A stretch of DNA of 64,000 bases from Malacoraja senta (Eukaryota), in the NCBI GenBank assembly GCA_038087875.1, contig CM075996.1, positions 7,318,001 to 7,382,000 on the forward strand, written 5' to 3'. A program made the position numbers and the translations under genes. Positions 1-13,100 of this stretch are shown piece by piece; the first letter of the stretch is position 1; the number at the start of each line of letters is the position of its first letter. The notes under the pieces were generated by a model. It did not search any database, was not told the origin of the DNA, and was given only the letters and a program-made list of their open reading frames with translations.

Positions 1-1867
1 TGCTGGAGTAACTGCAGGTCGGGCAACATCTCTGGAGAACATGGATAGGTGACGTTTCGGGTCGAGACGGTCTGAAGAAGGGTCTCGGCCCGAAACGTCA
101 CCGATCCATATTATGTTCTATTTGGTTCCAATTCCACCAATGCTGAGGCCAGCTGCAATACCTGGACTCTTGCCAAAGCTGAAATATACTAACTTGACAC
201 AGATTAAACTCATGGACTTTTTGATGCAAGTGTCCCTGTGCCACAGCGCCACCTGTCTGGCTAACAAGTGGCCTCTGTAGTAATACTCCTTTTTAAAAAA
301 GGATTTGATTTGTGCATGCCAGCAGAACTCTCTGTTCACAGACGTGTGATCATGGAGCATCCTTCATTTTGGATCGCAGGATTGTAACCATTTGCCTTTC
401 ACCTCTATTAGCTCAGTTTAGCGATACAGCGTGGAAACACTAGGCCCTTCGCCCCACCGAGTCCGCGTCGACCAACAATCACCCCGTACACTAATTCTGT
501 CCTACACACTCGGGACAGTTTACTGAAGCCAATTAACCTGCAACCTGTACGTCTTAGGAATGTGGGAGGAAACCGGAGCACCCGGAGGAAACCCACGTGG
601 TCATATGGAGAACGTGCAACCTCTGTACAGGCGGCACCCATAGTCTGGGTCGAACCCGGGTCTCTGGCGCTGTATGATGGCAGCAAATCTACCGCTGCGC
701 TATCGAGCCACCCTTTTTTTCGAGGCCTCATACAGGTAGTTACTGCCAGGTTGCTGAATGGTGGAAATTCAATTGCTTTGGATCGAATTGAGCCAGCAGT
801 AATGCCATCAGTAACCCAGAGAGTTGTGAATTTGTGGAATTCCCTGCCACAGAGGGCAGTGGAGGCCAAGTCACTGGATGGATTTAAGAGAGAGTTAGAT
901 AGAGCTCTAGGGGGCTAGTGGAATCAAGGGATATGGGGAGAAGGCAGGCACGGGTTATTGATTGGGGACGATCAGCCATGATCGCAATGAATGGCGGTGC
1001 TGGCTAGAAGGGCCGAATGGCCTCCTCCTGCACCTGTTTTCTATGTTTCTATCTAGCCAAAAGATGTCACTGTGGACTGACTTGTCCTGTGAGCGTGTAA
1101 TATACTGTCACTGTATGACTGACTCTGACTCTGTGACAGTGTGGTCTTGTTACTGTCTGACTGACCGATCGACCCTGTCATAGGCTAGCGTTGTCACTGT
1201 GTAATTAGCTGACTCCATGTTAATGCAGTTCTGTCAGTACGTGACTGGTGCCTTTGGATCTTGTTTGATCTCTTAATCAGCTTATTTTGCTCCTTGGCAT
1301 TCATCTTAATTTGGCCAGTCCTCTATTAGTACCCTAAACATTCACTAAGGCCTTTTGTTCAATGTTATCATCTTTGTGATTATGATTTTACGCACATCAT
1401 TGGAACAGGCCTTCAGCCCAAGCCAACCCGTTCACACCACTTCTATGTTCTCCCACTCCTTGCACACTGGGGGCCAATTTACAGAGTCCAATTAACCTAC
1501 AAGCCCACAAGTCTTTGGGATGTGAGGGATAAACCAGGAGGAAATGCACTCGCTCACAGGCAGAACATGCAAACTTACAAGGATGTTGCCATGGCTAAAG
1601 GGTCTGAGCTACAGGGAGAGGTTGAGTAGGCTGGGTCTCTTTTCCTTGGAGCGCAGGGAGAATGAGGGGTGATCTTATTGAGGTGTATAGAGACATAGAA
1701 ACATAGAAAATAGGTGCAGGAGTAGGCCATTCGGCACTTTGAGCCTGCACCGCCATTCAATATGATCATGGCTGATCATCCAACTCAGTATCCTGTACCT
1801 GCCTTCTCTCCATACCCCCATATAAAATCATGAGAGGAATAGATTGCGTGGATGCACTGCGTAAAAC

Positions 1868-2096
1868 AGAACTGCAGATGCTGGTTTAAACCAAAGATGG
1901 ACACAAAAAGCTGGAGTAACTCAACAGACAGGCAGCATCTCTGGAGAGAAGGAATGGGTAACGTTTTGGGTCGAGACCCTTCTTCATACAGGGGAATCAG
2001 TGTGAAGAAGGGTCTTGACCTGAAACGTCACCCATTCCTTCTCTCCAGAGATGCTGCGTGTCCCGTTGAGTTCCTCCAGCTTTTGGTGTCCATCTT
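1868..2096. mobile_element. Short non-autonomous PLE-derived element as an inverted pair of 3'UTR/pLTR copies
   Basis: ctggagtaactca...gacccttcttca followed by its reverse complement tgaagaagggtc...ctccagc. Same arrangement at 1-109, 2860-3003, 13405-13970, 37949-38310, 38333-38515 and 44655-45085. Confidence 0.8.
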
Positions 2097-4220
2097 GGGT
2101 AGATGCACTGAGTCTCTTACCCAGAGTAGGGGAATCAAGGACATAGGTTCAAGGTGAAGGGGAAAAGATTTAATAGGAATCTGAGGAGTAACTTTTCACA
2201 CAAAGGGTGGAGGATGTATGGAACAAGCTGCCAGAGGTGGTAGTTGCAGGGACCATCCCAACACTTAAGAAACAGTTAGACAGGTACATGGATAGGACAG
2301 GTTTGGAGGGATATGGACCAAACGCGGGCAGGTGGGACTAGTGTAGCTGGGACATGTAGGCCCGTGTGGGCAAGTTGGGCCTAAGGGCTTGTTTCCACAC
2401 ACTTTATCACTCGATGACTAGAGGTAGCCAGGGTTGGTATACTCACCCTGCCACAGTCGCCTGGCATCTGCTTAAATTTAGCCTGGAGAATGTTCTGCAA
2501 TTATCTCTTTGCATCCCAGGTAGCCTTACAGAGATGATACGTGGCCAACTCTAGCGTGTCCAAACCCTTAACAATCTTATAAGTTTCAATGAGATACCCT
2601 CTCATCCTTCTAAACTCCAGAGTATACAAGCCAGCTGCTCCATTCTCTCAGCATATGACAGTCCTGCCATCCCGGGAATTAACCTGGTATTGTTGTTTGT
2701 TGTCAAGAATTTTCTTTATGGTAGAATGAAGGAACTGTAGATAATGGTTTATTAAAAACGAAGGCATGGAGGAAAAGGAAGGTTGACGTTTTGGGTCGGG
2801 ACCCATCTCGCTGAGTTACTTCTGAACTTTGTGTTCAGAAGTAACTCAGCGCTTTGTCACAAATCGCTGGAATAACTCAGCAGGCCAGGCAGCATCTCTG
2901 GAGAACATGGATAGATTGAAGAAGGGTCCTGACCCGAAATGTCATCTCTCTGTGTTCTCCAGAGATGCTGCCTGACCCGCTGAGTTACTCCAGCACTTTG
3001 TGTCATCATTTCTGATAGTGTATGATTAAGAGAAAGGGAAAATTTCAGTCATTTAGTTGGAACACACACCAAAACATAGTGGGATCGTCACTGCAGACGT
3101 CTTTCATCAGCTGTGGAATGAGAAATGATGTCGTTTAGTGATACAGCGCGGGAAACAGGCCCTTCGGCCCACCAAGTCCACACTGACCAGCGATCCCCGC
3201 ACATTAGCAGCACCCTACACACACTATGGACAATTTTATATTTATACCAAGCCAATTAACCGACAAACCTGTACGTCTTTGGAGGGTGCGAGGAAGCCGA
3301 AGATCTCAGAGAAAACCCACGCTGTCACGGGGAGAACGTACAAACTTCCGCACAGACAGCACCCATAGTTGGTAATTGACCCGTGTCTCTGGCGCTGCAA
3401 TTGCTGTAAGGCAGCAACTCTATCGCTGTGCCACCGTGCCGCCTGATGTCTTTTGGTCACTGGATTGGTGCTTGGGTCCTTCGAGGCTTATCTTCCATAC
3501 TTTTTGTCACCAGTTCACTGTCAATGTCCATTTAAAGGATGGGTTACGGAAAGAACATTGTGTCTCTGAAACCAAGTTATCTGTCTCCCAGACTAGGCCA
3601 ATGCAAAATAGTTGCACCTCAGGACATCACTACAAGTGAAATACAGTTTGACATTTTTCACCGTAGGGAAACAGCAAAGATTTTTGAGCGCAACGTTGCT
3701 CCAAATAAAAATGATATTATGACCCGATGAACTGTCTTGGATTGTTCCTTGAGCCATAAATATCAACCCTGGCGCAGTGGTAGAGTTGCTGCCTTACAGC
3801 ACCAGACACCCTGCTGGAGACAGTGACTGGGGCTGTAGGTTCAAACTACATGACCACTCAGTCCAACAGACCCTGTTCTGTCAAGCAATCATGCACGATC
3901 CACTGACTTAGGTGGTGTAGTGGTAGAGTTGCTGCCTCACAGCGCCAGAGACCCATAGTCGGTCTTGACCGCTGATGCAGACTGTATGCCGTTTGTATGT
4001 TCTCCTGTGACCACGTGGGTTTCCCCGGATGCTCCGATTTCCTCCCACATTCCGAAGACTGTGCAGATTTGTAGGTTAATTGGCTTCGATAGATTGTCAC
4101 TAGTGTACAGGTGATCATTGGTTGGCACGGAGTAGGAGGGCTGAAGGGCCTGTTTCCACGCTGTTTCGTTAAACTAAACGAAGACACTAAAAAGTCCTCT
4201 GCTCAGGAGATGGAGACATG

Positions 4221-4895
4221 GTGTTTAAGAAGGAACTGCAGATGCTGGAAAATCGAGAGGTAGACAAAAGTGCTGGAGAAACTCAGCGGGTGCAACAGCA
4301 TCTGTGGAGCGAAGGAAATAGGCAACGTTTCGGGCCGAAACCCTTCTTCAGACTGATGTGGTGGGGGGGGGGAGAAGAAAAGGAGAAAGGAAGAGGAGGA
4401 GCCCGAGGGATGAGGGAGAGCTGAGAAGGGGAGGAGACAGCAAGGGCTACCGAAATTGGAGAAGTCATTGTTTATGCCGCTAGGGTGCAAACTGCTCAAG
4501 AGGTGCTGCTCCTCCAATTTCCGACTGTGCTCACTCTGGCTATGGAGGAGGCCCAGGACAGAGAGGTCGGATTTGGAATGGGAGGGGGAGTTGAAGTGCT
4601 GAGCCACCGGGAGATCAGGTTGGTTAATGTGGACCGAGCGGAGGTGTTCGGCGAAACGATCGCCAAGCCTACACTTGGTCTCACCGATGTAGATCAGCTG
4701 ACATTAGAGCAGCGGATGCAATAGATGAGGTTGGAGGAGGTGCAGGTGAACCTCTGTCGCACCTGGAACGACTGCTTGGGTCCTTGAATGGAGTCGAGGG
4801 GGGAGGTAAAGCGACAAGTGTAGCATCTCTTGCGGTTGCAAGGGAAAGTGCCCGGGGAGGGGGTGGTGCGGAGGAAGGGAAGAATTGACCTGGGA
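4221..4895 (-). mobile_element. Penelope-like element 3' part: GIY-YIG endonuclease remnant + 3'UTR with hammerhead motif
   Basis: FPCNRKRCYTC...FTCTSSNLIYCIRC...HFNSPSHS.SDLSVLGLLH...RKLEEQHL...PSGINNDFSNF, then CTGAAGAAGGGTTTCGGCCCGAAACGTT at 4351-4324. Confidence 0.88.
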
Positions 4896-5489
4896 GAGTC
4901 ATGGGATATTAATGTACATCAGCCCAGAAAGTGCTTCTGAAAGCAGGTACTCGTAGTAATGCAGTGCTCCCTTATTATTATACAGTAGTTTTGACCTTAT
5001 ATTTCTGACTTGTGTGGTTTATTAAATGTAGACATTTGAAATAAAGCAGTGCTTTTGGTGTTAACCAAGTGATGGATGATTGCCAAGTCATTGCACCAAG
5101 ATTTAGTTTAGTTTGGAGATACAGGGCGGAAACAGGCCTGTTCCTGCACCGACCAGCCGACCCCCACACATTAACACATTAGGGACAATTTTACTTTTTT
5201 TCCCTACCAAGCCAATGAACCTACAAACCTGTACGTCTTTGAAGTGTGGGAGGATACCGAAGATCTCGGAGAAAATCCTGCAGGGGACAATGTACAAACT
5301 CCATACAGACCGCACCTGTAGTCAGGATCAAACCCGGGTCTCTGGCGCTGTGAGGCAGCAACTCTACCGCTGCGCCACCATGCCTTCATATTAACAAATG
5401 GAGGTAAATGCTCATTAAAATGAAACTTTCCACTTGGCTCGTGGATAAAAACACAAATGATGTTCCTCAGGTTATGGTGTCAGATACCA

Positions 5490-5950
5490 CAAGAAATTGC
5501 AGAGAGCTGTGGACGCAGCCAGACCATCACACAAATCACCTCCCTTCCATTGCCTCCATTTACACCTCACGCTGCCTCAGCAAGGCAAGCAGCATAATCA
5601 AGGACCAGTCTCACTCCCTCTTCTCCCATCAGGCAAGAGGTACAGAAGTGTGAAAACGCACACCTCCAGATTCACGGACAGTTTCTTCCCAGCTGTTATC
5701 AGGCAACTGAACCATTCTATTAACAATTAGAGAGCGGTCCTAAGCTAGTATCTACCTCAGTGGAGACCATCGGATTATCTTTAATCGGGACTCTACTGGA
5801 CTTTATCTTGGACTAAACATTATTCCCGTTATGCTGTGTCTGTACACTGTGGACGGCTCGATAGCAATCATGTAATTGTCTTTCTGCTGACTGGTTAGCA
5901 GGCAACAAAGCTTTTCATGGTGCCTCAGTACACGTGACAATAAACTGTAC
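5490..5950 (+). mobile_element. Rex1/Babar LINE 3' fragment
   Basis: LPSIASIYTSRCLSKASSIIKD..LPSGKRYRSVKTHTSRFTDSFFPAVIRQLN and a GTGACAATAAA tail. Also at 37660-37812, 47477-47860, 60770-60940 and 61350-61680. Confidence 0.8.
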
Positions 5951-6559
5951 TAAACGCTGGTCATTCTGCACTCTCACCAGTGGCAGCAAAGAAGCACTGC
6001 TGGAGTACATGGGTCAATGCGCACGCGGGTCTGGACGTTTGCAGATCACAGCTGTGGGATAACAGAAGCTGCAATAGACATCTGTCAAGCACAGTGTTGC
6101 TTGCATGACTTCAACAATGAGCAATAACTGTTGATTGAACTAGACAAACGAACCATTGGTAGAGTTCTCAATGTGATTCATCTGAAGTTGGATACTTGTT
6201 TAGTTGCTTTAGAGATACAGCGCGGAAACAGGCCCTTTGGCCCACCGAGTCCGCGTCGACCAGCGATCCCCGCACACGCAACACTATCGTACACACTAGG
6301 GTCAATATACAATATTACGGAAGCCAATGAACCTACAGACCTGCACGTCTTTGTAGTGTGGGGGGAAATCGGAGCGCCCGGAGAAAACGCACGCAGGTCA
6401 CGGGGAGAATGTGCAAACTCTGTGCAGACAGCACCCGTAGTCAGGATCGAACCCCGCAGTAAGACAGCAGCTCTACCGCTGTACACAGTGGAAACAGCAC
6501 CGTGTGGAATCAAGTACTTGTGCTAATGTCAGTAATGTGAGGCAACATGTTGTGAGTAA

Positions 6560-6923
6560 AGGGCCTGTCCCACTGTACGAGGTAATTCAAGAGCTCTCCC
6601 GAGTAAAAAAAAATAATCTAACTTGTGGTAAGCATGTAGAATGTTTTAGCGGTACGTCGGAGCTCGGGACGTCTCTTAGCGGCTCGTAACGCTAACGGCA
6701 GGTACTCGGGACACGCGGTAAGCTCGTGAAGACTCGTGAAGATTTTTCACATGTTGAAAAATGTTCACGAGATGTTCAGCAGGGCAAGCAGCATAATCAA
6801 GTTGAAAAATGTCCACGAGAGCCCCGAGTACCTACGAGCGGCTATTACCGTAATTCTCCCGAGTTCGAATCAGGGGAAACTCGGGAGAACTCTTGAATTT
6901 GCTCGTACAGTGGGACAGGCCCT
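6560..6923. mobile_element. PIF/Harbinger-type MITE
   Basis: TIR AGGGCCTGTCCCACTGTACGAG at both ends, TWA flanks. Confidence 0.85.
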
Positions 6924-7436
6924 TTACACCCAAGACGCATATTGCTGCTTTAAATTAATTGATTTTTTGAGACATTCCATTCTTGGTATACTTATTTTTT
7001 TAATGTGTGCGTGTGTGTGTACGGTAGTGTTAATGTGTGGGGATCGCTGGTCACTGCGGACTTGGGCGGGCTGCAGACCTGTTTCCGCGCTGTATTCTCT
7101 AAACTAAAATTCCAAAGACGTATGGGTTTACTTAATTGGCTGCTATGAATTACAACTTGTGTGTAGAGCATGGATGTGGACGTGAGATAATATAGAGCTA
7201 GTGTGAACGGCTGGTCTATGGTCGGGGTGGGCAGAAGGGCCTGTTTCCGTGCTGTATCTCTGAACTCTGAACAAAATATATTGGAATCCCTAATGCGATC
7301 GTGTGGGTTTCTCCGGGTGCTCCGGTTCCCTCCCACCTCCCCAAAGGCACGCGGGTATGTTGGTTAATTGGCCTTCAGAAGTTGCCCTGAGTGTGTAGGG
7401 AGTGGATGAGAAAGTGAGACAACATGGAACTGGTTA

Positions 7437-7782
7437 AGGGCCTGTCCCACTGTACGAGGTAATTCAAGAGTTCTCCCGAGTTTTCCCATGATTCGAACTC
7501 GGAGAATGTCCGTAGCGGGTCCGTAGGAGTTGGTGGATGTCTTGTAGCGGCTTGTGCGAGTACTGGTAGGAAATCCAGTAAACTCGTGACGTTTTTTCAA
7601 CACTGTGAAAAATGTCCACAAGTAAAAAAATACTCGTGGATGAAAAAAATACTTTTTACTTGTACGAGCCGCTACGATACATCCACGAACTCCTACGGAC
7701 CCGCTATGGACATTCTCCGAGTTCGAATCAGGGGAAAACTCGGGAGAACTCTTGAATTACCTCGTACAGTGGGACAGGCCCT
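7437..7782. mobile_element. PIF/Harbinger-type MITE
   Basis: Long TIR AGGGCCTGTCCCACTGTACGAGGTAATTCAAGAGTTCTCCCGAG; TTA target duplication. Confidence 0.9.
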
Positions 7783-8965
7783 TTATCAATGGTCACAGTG
7801 GACTTGGTGGGCTGACGAGCCTGTTTCCATGCTGTATCTTTCAATACAATCAAAAAAGAATTGGAAGTCTTATTACTATTACGGGCGCCACAGTAAATAT
7901 AATATCTGACTTAGTGAACAATGCCAAAGATGATGTCTTTTTTATGGGGGCAATGTGATCTTAACAATCGAATGCCTTTGAATAATAATAAAAAACTTCC
8001 AAGGATTTTCTAAACTGCCTAATACTAGTCAATGAAGTGAATGAGTCAAACCTGTATTTAGTTGAGAGTTTGACTTTGTTGTCATGCAGGGCCATGCACC
8101 TCATTCATAAGTGAGAGGAATAGAATTAGGCCCTTCGGCCCATCAAGTATACTCCGCCATTCAATCATGGCTGATCTCTCGCTCCCCCTCAACTTCATTC
8201 TCCTGCCTTCTCCCCACAACCCCTGACACCTGTACTAATCAAGAATCTATCCATCTCTGCTGGAAAATATCGATTCACTTGGCCTCCACAGCCTTCTGTG
8301 GCAATGAATTCCACCGATTCACCACACTCTGACTAAAGAAATTTCCTCCTCATCTCTTTCCTAAAGGAACATCCTTTAATTCTGAGGCTGTGCCCTCTGG
8401 TCCTAGACTCTCCCACTAATGGAAACATCCTCTCCACGTCCACTCTGTCCAGGCCTTTCACTATTCGGTGAGTTACCCATGCGATAAAAGGATTGTCCAT
8501 GATGAGGCCTTCAGCCTGGGTCTTGAACCTTTGACCTGTTCAGACGGAGATGGAAGTGGTGACCCCATGAGGGAATGCTCGCACGCATACATACACGCAC
8601 GCATACATACATGCACATATGCACGCATACACACACGCACATTCTCATCCTTCTAAACTCCAGCGAGTACAGGCCCAGTGCCGCCAAACGCTCATCATGT
8701 GTTAACCCACTCATTCCTGGCATCATTCTGGATCCTCTCCAGTGCCAGCACATCCTTCCTCGGATATGGGGCCGATACTCCAAATGCAGTCTGACCAGCG
8801 CCTTATAGAGCCTCAGCATTACATCCCCTCTTTTGATATTCTAGTCGCCTCGAAGTAAATGCGTTTGCCTTCCTTACTACCGATTCAACTTGCATCCATT
8901 TCAGCTGCTTGTTTACTGTCTCTTCAGTTTTGTCAGCGCTGCTTCAGGATTCCTGATCCGGAATT

Positions 8966-9059
8966 ATGGAAGAAGATGAAAACCAGGATCCACAGCAGAA
9001 CGAGATCCCGGGGGAAGAGCCAGGATTGGATCCGTGCACTGAATCAGCGAGAGAAAGAG
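8966..9059 (+). CDS. SCAF1: SCAF1 first coding exon (MEEDENQDPQQNEIPGEEPGLDPCTESARER; acceptor at 8927/8928 gives a short 5'UTR)
   Basis: Pyrimidine tract + cag at 8921-8927, ATG at 8966, GT donor at 9060 (phase 1). The acidic MEEDE start resembles vertebrate SCAF1 (MEEEDE...) and the phase fits the next exon. Confidence 0.6.
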
Positions 9060-9399
9060 GTACCGTAGGTCATTTCCTTACCTCTACACTGTAACTCTTG
9101 GCATATGTGCATGTATGTATGCGTGCGTGCGAGTGTAGCTCTTGGATATTCTGTTCGTAAGTTATAGGAACAGAATCAGGCCATTTGGCCCATCAAAGGA
9201 ACTTCGCCATTCAATCCTGGCTGGTTTATCTTTCCTTCTCAATGCCATTCTTCTGCCTTCTCCCCATAACCCCTGACTATTATCCGTGTGGCTGTATGGT
9301 GACCACACATTTCACTGTACCAATTGGTACATGTGACAAATAAATGTATCTTGTATCTTGTAATCTAGAATCTGTCAATCGCCACCTTAAAAATACCAA

Positions 9400-9920
9400 T
9401 GACGAGATGGGAACAAATTAAATATATCCCAAATTTCATTTCTTAATTATGGTTTAAAAACAGCAAAAAAACTCATACTTAAATTTTTGAAAAATGCTAC
9501 TATACCAACACTCAAAATGTGGATTGCTAATATGTTGGAAACTGCCCACCTGGAAGAAATGAGACTCCTCCTAATAGACCAACAAGACCAAGTCCATTTA
9601 TTGACTTTTTGGATTCATGTGGTGCAACAGTATCGTAAAAATTAAAAAATTTAGGTATGGGCGAAAAATGATCAAGGATATAAAAAAGCATCGACCTGTG
9701 GCGAGTGATAATCTCCTTTCTGCTTCACTTTCCTACTTATTTCTTTTTTTTACTTCACACTCACTAGACTTTCCTCTATTCTTTACTACTTCTTTCTCAT
9801 TTCTTTCTAAAAAAAAAAAGGGAAGTTGTACAAAGAATGTTAACATAATTTTGGGAACCTGTAAAAAGGTACCACCGTAATGTAATGTACTTACTTCTAA
9901 TAAATAAAATTAAAAAAAAA
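9400..9920 (+). mobile_element. L1-like LINE 3' fragment
   Basis: AKKLILKF.KN.TIPTLKMWI-like C-terminus, pyrimidine-rich UTR, AATAAA + poly(A). Related copy at 41290-41690. Confidence 0.6.
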
Positions 9921-12483
9921 TTAAAAAATACCCAATGACTTGACCTCCACAGCCTTCCATGGCAATGAATTCCACAGATTCACCACCCTCCGACTAAAGA
10001 AATTCCTCCTCATCTCTTTTCTAACGGTGCGTCCTTTTATTTTGAGGCTATGGCCTCTGGATCTAGGCTCCCCCGCGAGTGGAATCATCCTCTCCACATC
10101 CACGCAATCCAGGCCTTTCATTATTCGGTAATTTTCAATGAGGTTCCCCCTCATCCTATTAAACTCCAGTGAGTAAATGCCCAGTGCCCTCAAACGCTCA
10201 TTGTTTGTTAACCCGATCCTAACCCTTCCTGGGATTCCTCTTATTCAAGTGAGAACTCTCATAGGCAAACTAGCTGTCAGTGTTGAGCCCCTTAGTTGGT
10301 TTATTCATTTGTATATAACTTTACTTCAACTCCAGCTACCTGCCCTAACTCTGCAACTGTCCTGTCATGCATTTCTCATTTTGAAATGTTCAATCAATTC
10401 CCAGCCACTATGGCTATTTTATGTTAGTGGTAGGAGTTCCATATTCTCACCTTGTTTTGCATAAAGTGCATTATTTTTCTTACTGAATTAAGGCAGGTGG
10501 ATCAGCTGTGCTCTAATTGAATGTTAGCATGGAGGCTGTGGGCCGAAGGGCCTGTTCCTCTGCTGTAGCGTTATGTGTTAGCACAGGTTTGAGGGATTCA
10601 ATGGTCAACGCTTGTGTTTTTAAGATAGTATTTTGTGCTATTCTCGATGAAGTAAATTGGGGAAAACGTAGAAACAAAGAAAACATTGAATTCTCCAATT
10701 TTAGGTAACCTTTTTCACTTTCCCTGCCTGACCCCCCCCCCCCCCCCCATCCCCCTTCCCTCCTCTGAGCCCCACCTGGACTACCACCTATTTTCTTCCC
10801 CCGCCGTCGCAATTTGCAACTCTTCAAACCTGTCTCACACCTACTGTTCTTAACTCTGGCCTTTGTCCCAACCGATTGATCAATTACCTGCCACCCTTTG
10901 CCCTGCTTATTCCCTTTTCCAGTTTTCTTCTTCTCCACCTCCCTCCCACCCCTACCCCCCCCCTCCCCACTACAATCAGTCTGAAGAAGTGCCTCGGCCC
11001 GAAGCGTCACCTATCCATGATCTCCAGAGATGCAGCATGAGTTACAGCAGTACTTTGTGTTCTTTTGTGTATTAGCCATCATCTGCAGATCTTTGTCATC
11101 ATCAATCATCAATCATCAACATCTAGTCATCATCATCAACGGGCACGGTGCCTTACAATGCCGTGTACGACAGTGATCGAAACTTCTACTGAAGTGTGGA
11201 TGGCCGTTGGCTCGCTAGGAGCTCATCTGCCCTTTGACAGGTCTTGTTTTTGGTCCTGCTGGGGGTCCACAGCCCCCTCCTCGCCTGGCAACCCAGGTGG
11301 GGGAGATGGTTTAGTCGCCGACTATCCGACCGTGGAGCGGGTAGCATGGGATTACATGGTACCCGTGGCATGGGGCAACTCCCCCCTGACCTGACACTTA
11401 TTCTACATGGTGGGTGGGGGAATTGGCTAGATAGAGACAAGTTGGGGAAGAAAATGTAAACTAAAGTATGCAGCACAGGACAAAACCAGGGTTATTAAGG
11501 ACGATATATGATCAAATGCTGGGTAATACGGGGATGCAATGCTGAGGCTCTATAAGGTGCTGGTCAGGCCGCATTTGGAATATTGTGAGCAATTTTGGGC
11601 ACCCTATCTGAGGAAGGATGTGCTGGCTCTGGAGGAGGGTCCAGAGAAAGTTGACAAGAACGATAACAGGAATGAGTGGGTTAACCTATGATGAGCATTT
11701 GTCGGCACTGGGCCTGTACTCGCTGCAGTTTGGAAGAATGAGGGGGGGGGGGGGGGAGACCTCATTGAAACATACTGAATAGTGTAAGGTTTGGATAGAG
11801 TGGATGTGGAGAGGATGTTTCCACTAGTGGGAGAGTCCAGGACTAGAGGTCGTAGCCTCAGAATTAAAGGACGTTCTTTTAGGAAGGAGACGAGGAGAAA
11901 TTTCTTTAGTCAGAGAGTGGCAAATCTGCGGAATTCTTTGCCACAGAAGGCTGTGGAGGCCAAGTCAGTGGATATTTTTATTGCAGAGATGAATGAATGA
12001 ATGAATAAGTTTATTGGCCAGGTATTCACATACAAGATATTTGCCTTGGTGCTCCGCCCGCAAGTGACAACATGACATGCAGTGACAGTTAAGAATGATA
12101 CATAAAACATTAAACATTAATAATAAAACATAGCTATAGATAGCTTCTTGACTAATACGGGTGTCAGTGGTTATGGGGAGATGGCAGGGAATGGGGTTAG
12201 GAGGGAGAGATAGATCAGCCATGATTGATGGGCCGAATGGCCTAATTCTACCCCTATTCCTTTAGAACTTATGACCTGACCGGGGGGGGGGGGAATGCCG
12301 AGAAAGTAGTGGGGGGGACCTGGTGTGGGGGGGGCATCGAGAACGAAGGGGGGGACCCGGCAGAGGGCTGCCTGCTGCCATGGGCTGCGACACGCAGTAG
12401 ATAGAACTATTCGGTGAACTTTGTCCGCGCCAGAAAAGTGGCGACACTTGAGTACTGCCTAGTGGAGGTCTGCTGTGTGATTT

Positions 12484-13100
12484 AGACAATAGGTGCAGGA
12501 GTAGGCCATTCGGCCCTTCGAGCCAGCACCGCCATTCAATGTGATCATGGCTGATCATCCCCAATCAGTACCCCGTTCCTGCCTTCTCCCCATATCCCCT
12601 GACTCCGCTATCTTCAAGAACCCTATCTAGCTCTCTCTTGAAAGTATCCAGAGAACCGGCCTCCACTGCCCTCTGAGGCAGAGAATTCCACAGACTCACA
12701 ACTCTCTGTGAGAAAAAGTGTTTCCTCGTCTCTGTTCTAAATGGCTTTCCCCTTATTCTTAAACTGTGGCCCCTGGTTCTGGACTCCCCCATCATCGGGA
12801 ACATGTTTCCTGCCTCTAGTGTGTCCAAACCCTTAACAATCTTATATGTTTCAATAAGATACCCACTCGTCCTTCTGAACTCCAGAGTGTAAAAGCCCAA
12901 TCAGTACCCCATTCTCTCAGCATATGACAGTCCCGCCATCCCAGGAATTATAAACCTTTCAATTTGTAAACCTACGCTGCACTCCCTCAATAGCAAGAAT
13001 GTCCTTCCTCAAATTAGGGGACCAAAACTGCACACAATACTCCAGGTGTGGTATCACTAGGGCCCTGTACAACTGCAGAAGGACCTCTTTGCTCCTATAC
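12484..13100 (-). mobile_element. CR1 LINE 3' fragment
   Basis: YTLEFRR...SRTRGHSLRIRG...VVSLWNSLP and the conserved 3' UTR. Similar fragments at 813-1053, 2550-2690, 8105-8890, 9921-10215, 11525-12270, 19513-20065, 25655-26070, 31727-31927, 33571-34103, 36572-37165, 39943-40830, 42790-43240, 49670-50015, 62235-62575 and 63230-63700. Confidence 0.88.

Noticed and set aside
243..260. CTCF-like motif (CAGGTGGCGCT on - strand)
   Set aside because: Only the right half of the consensus matches and a single motif is not supportable without ChIP or conservation data.
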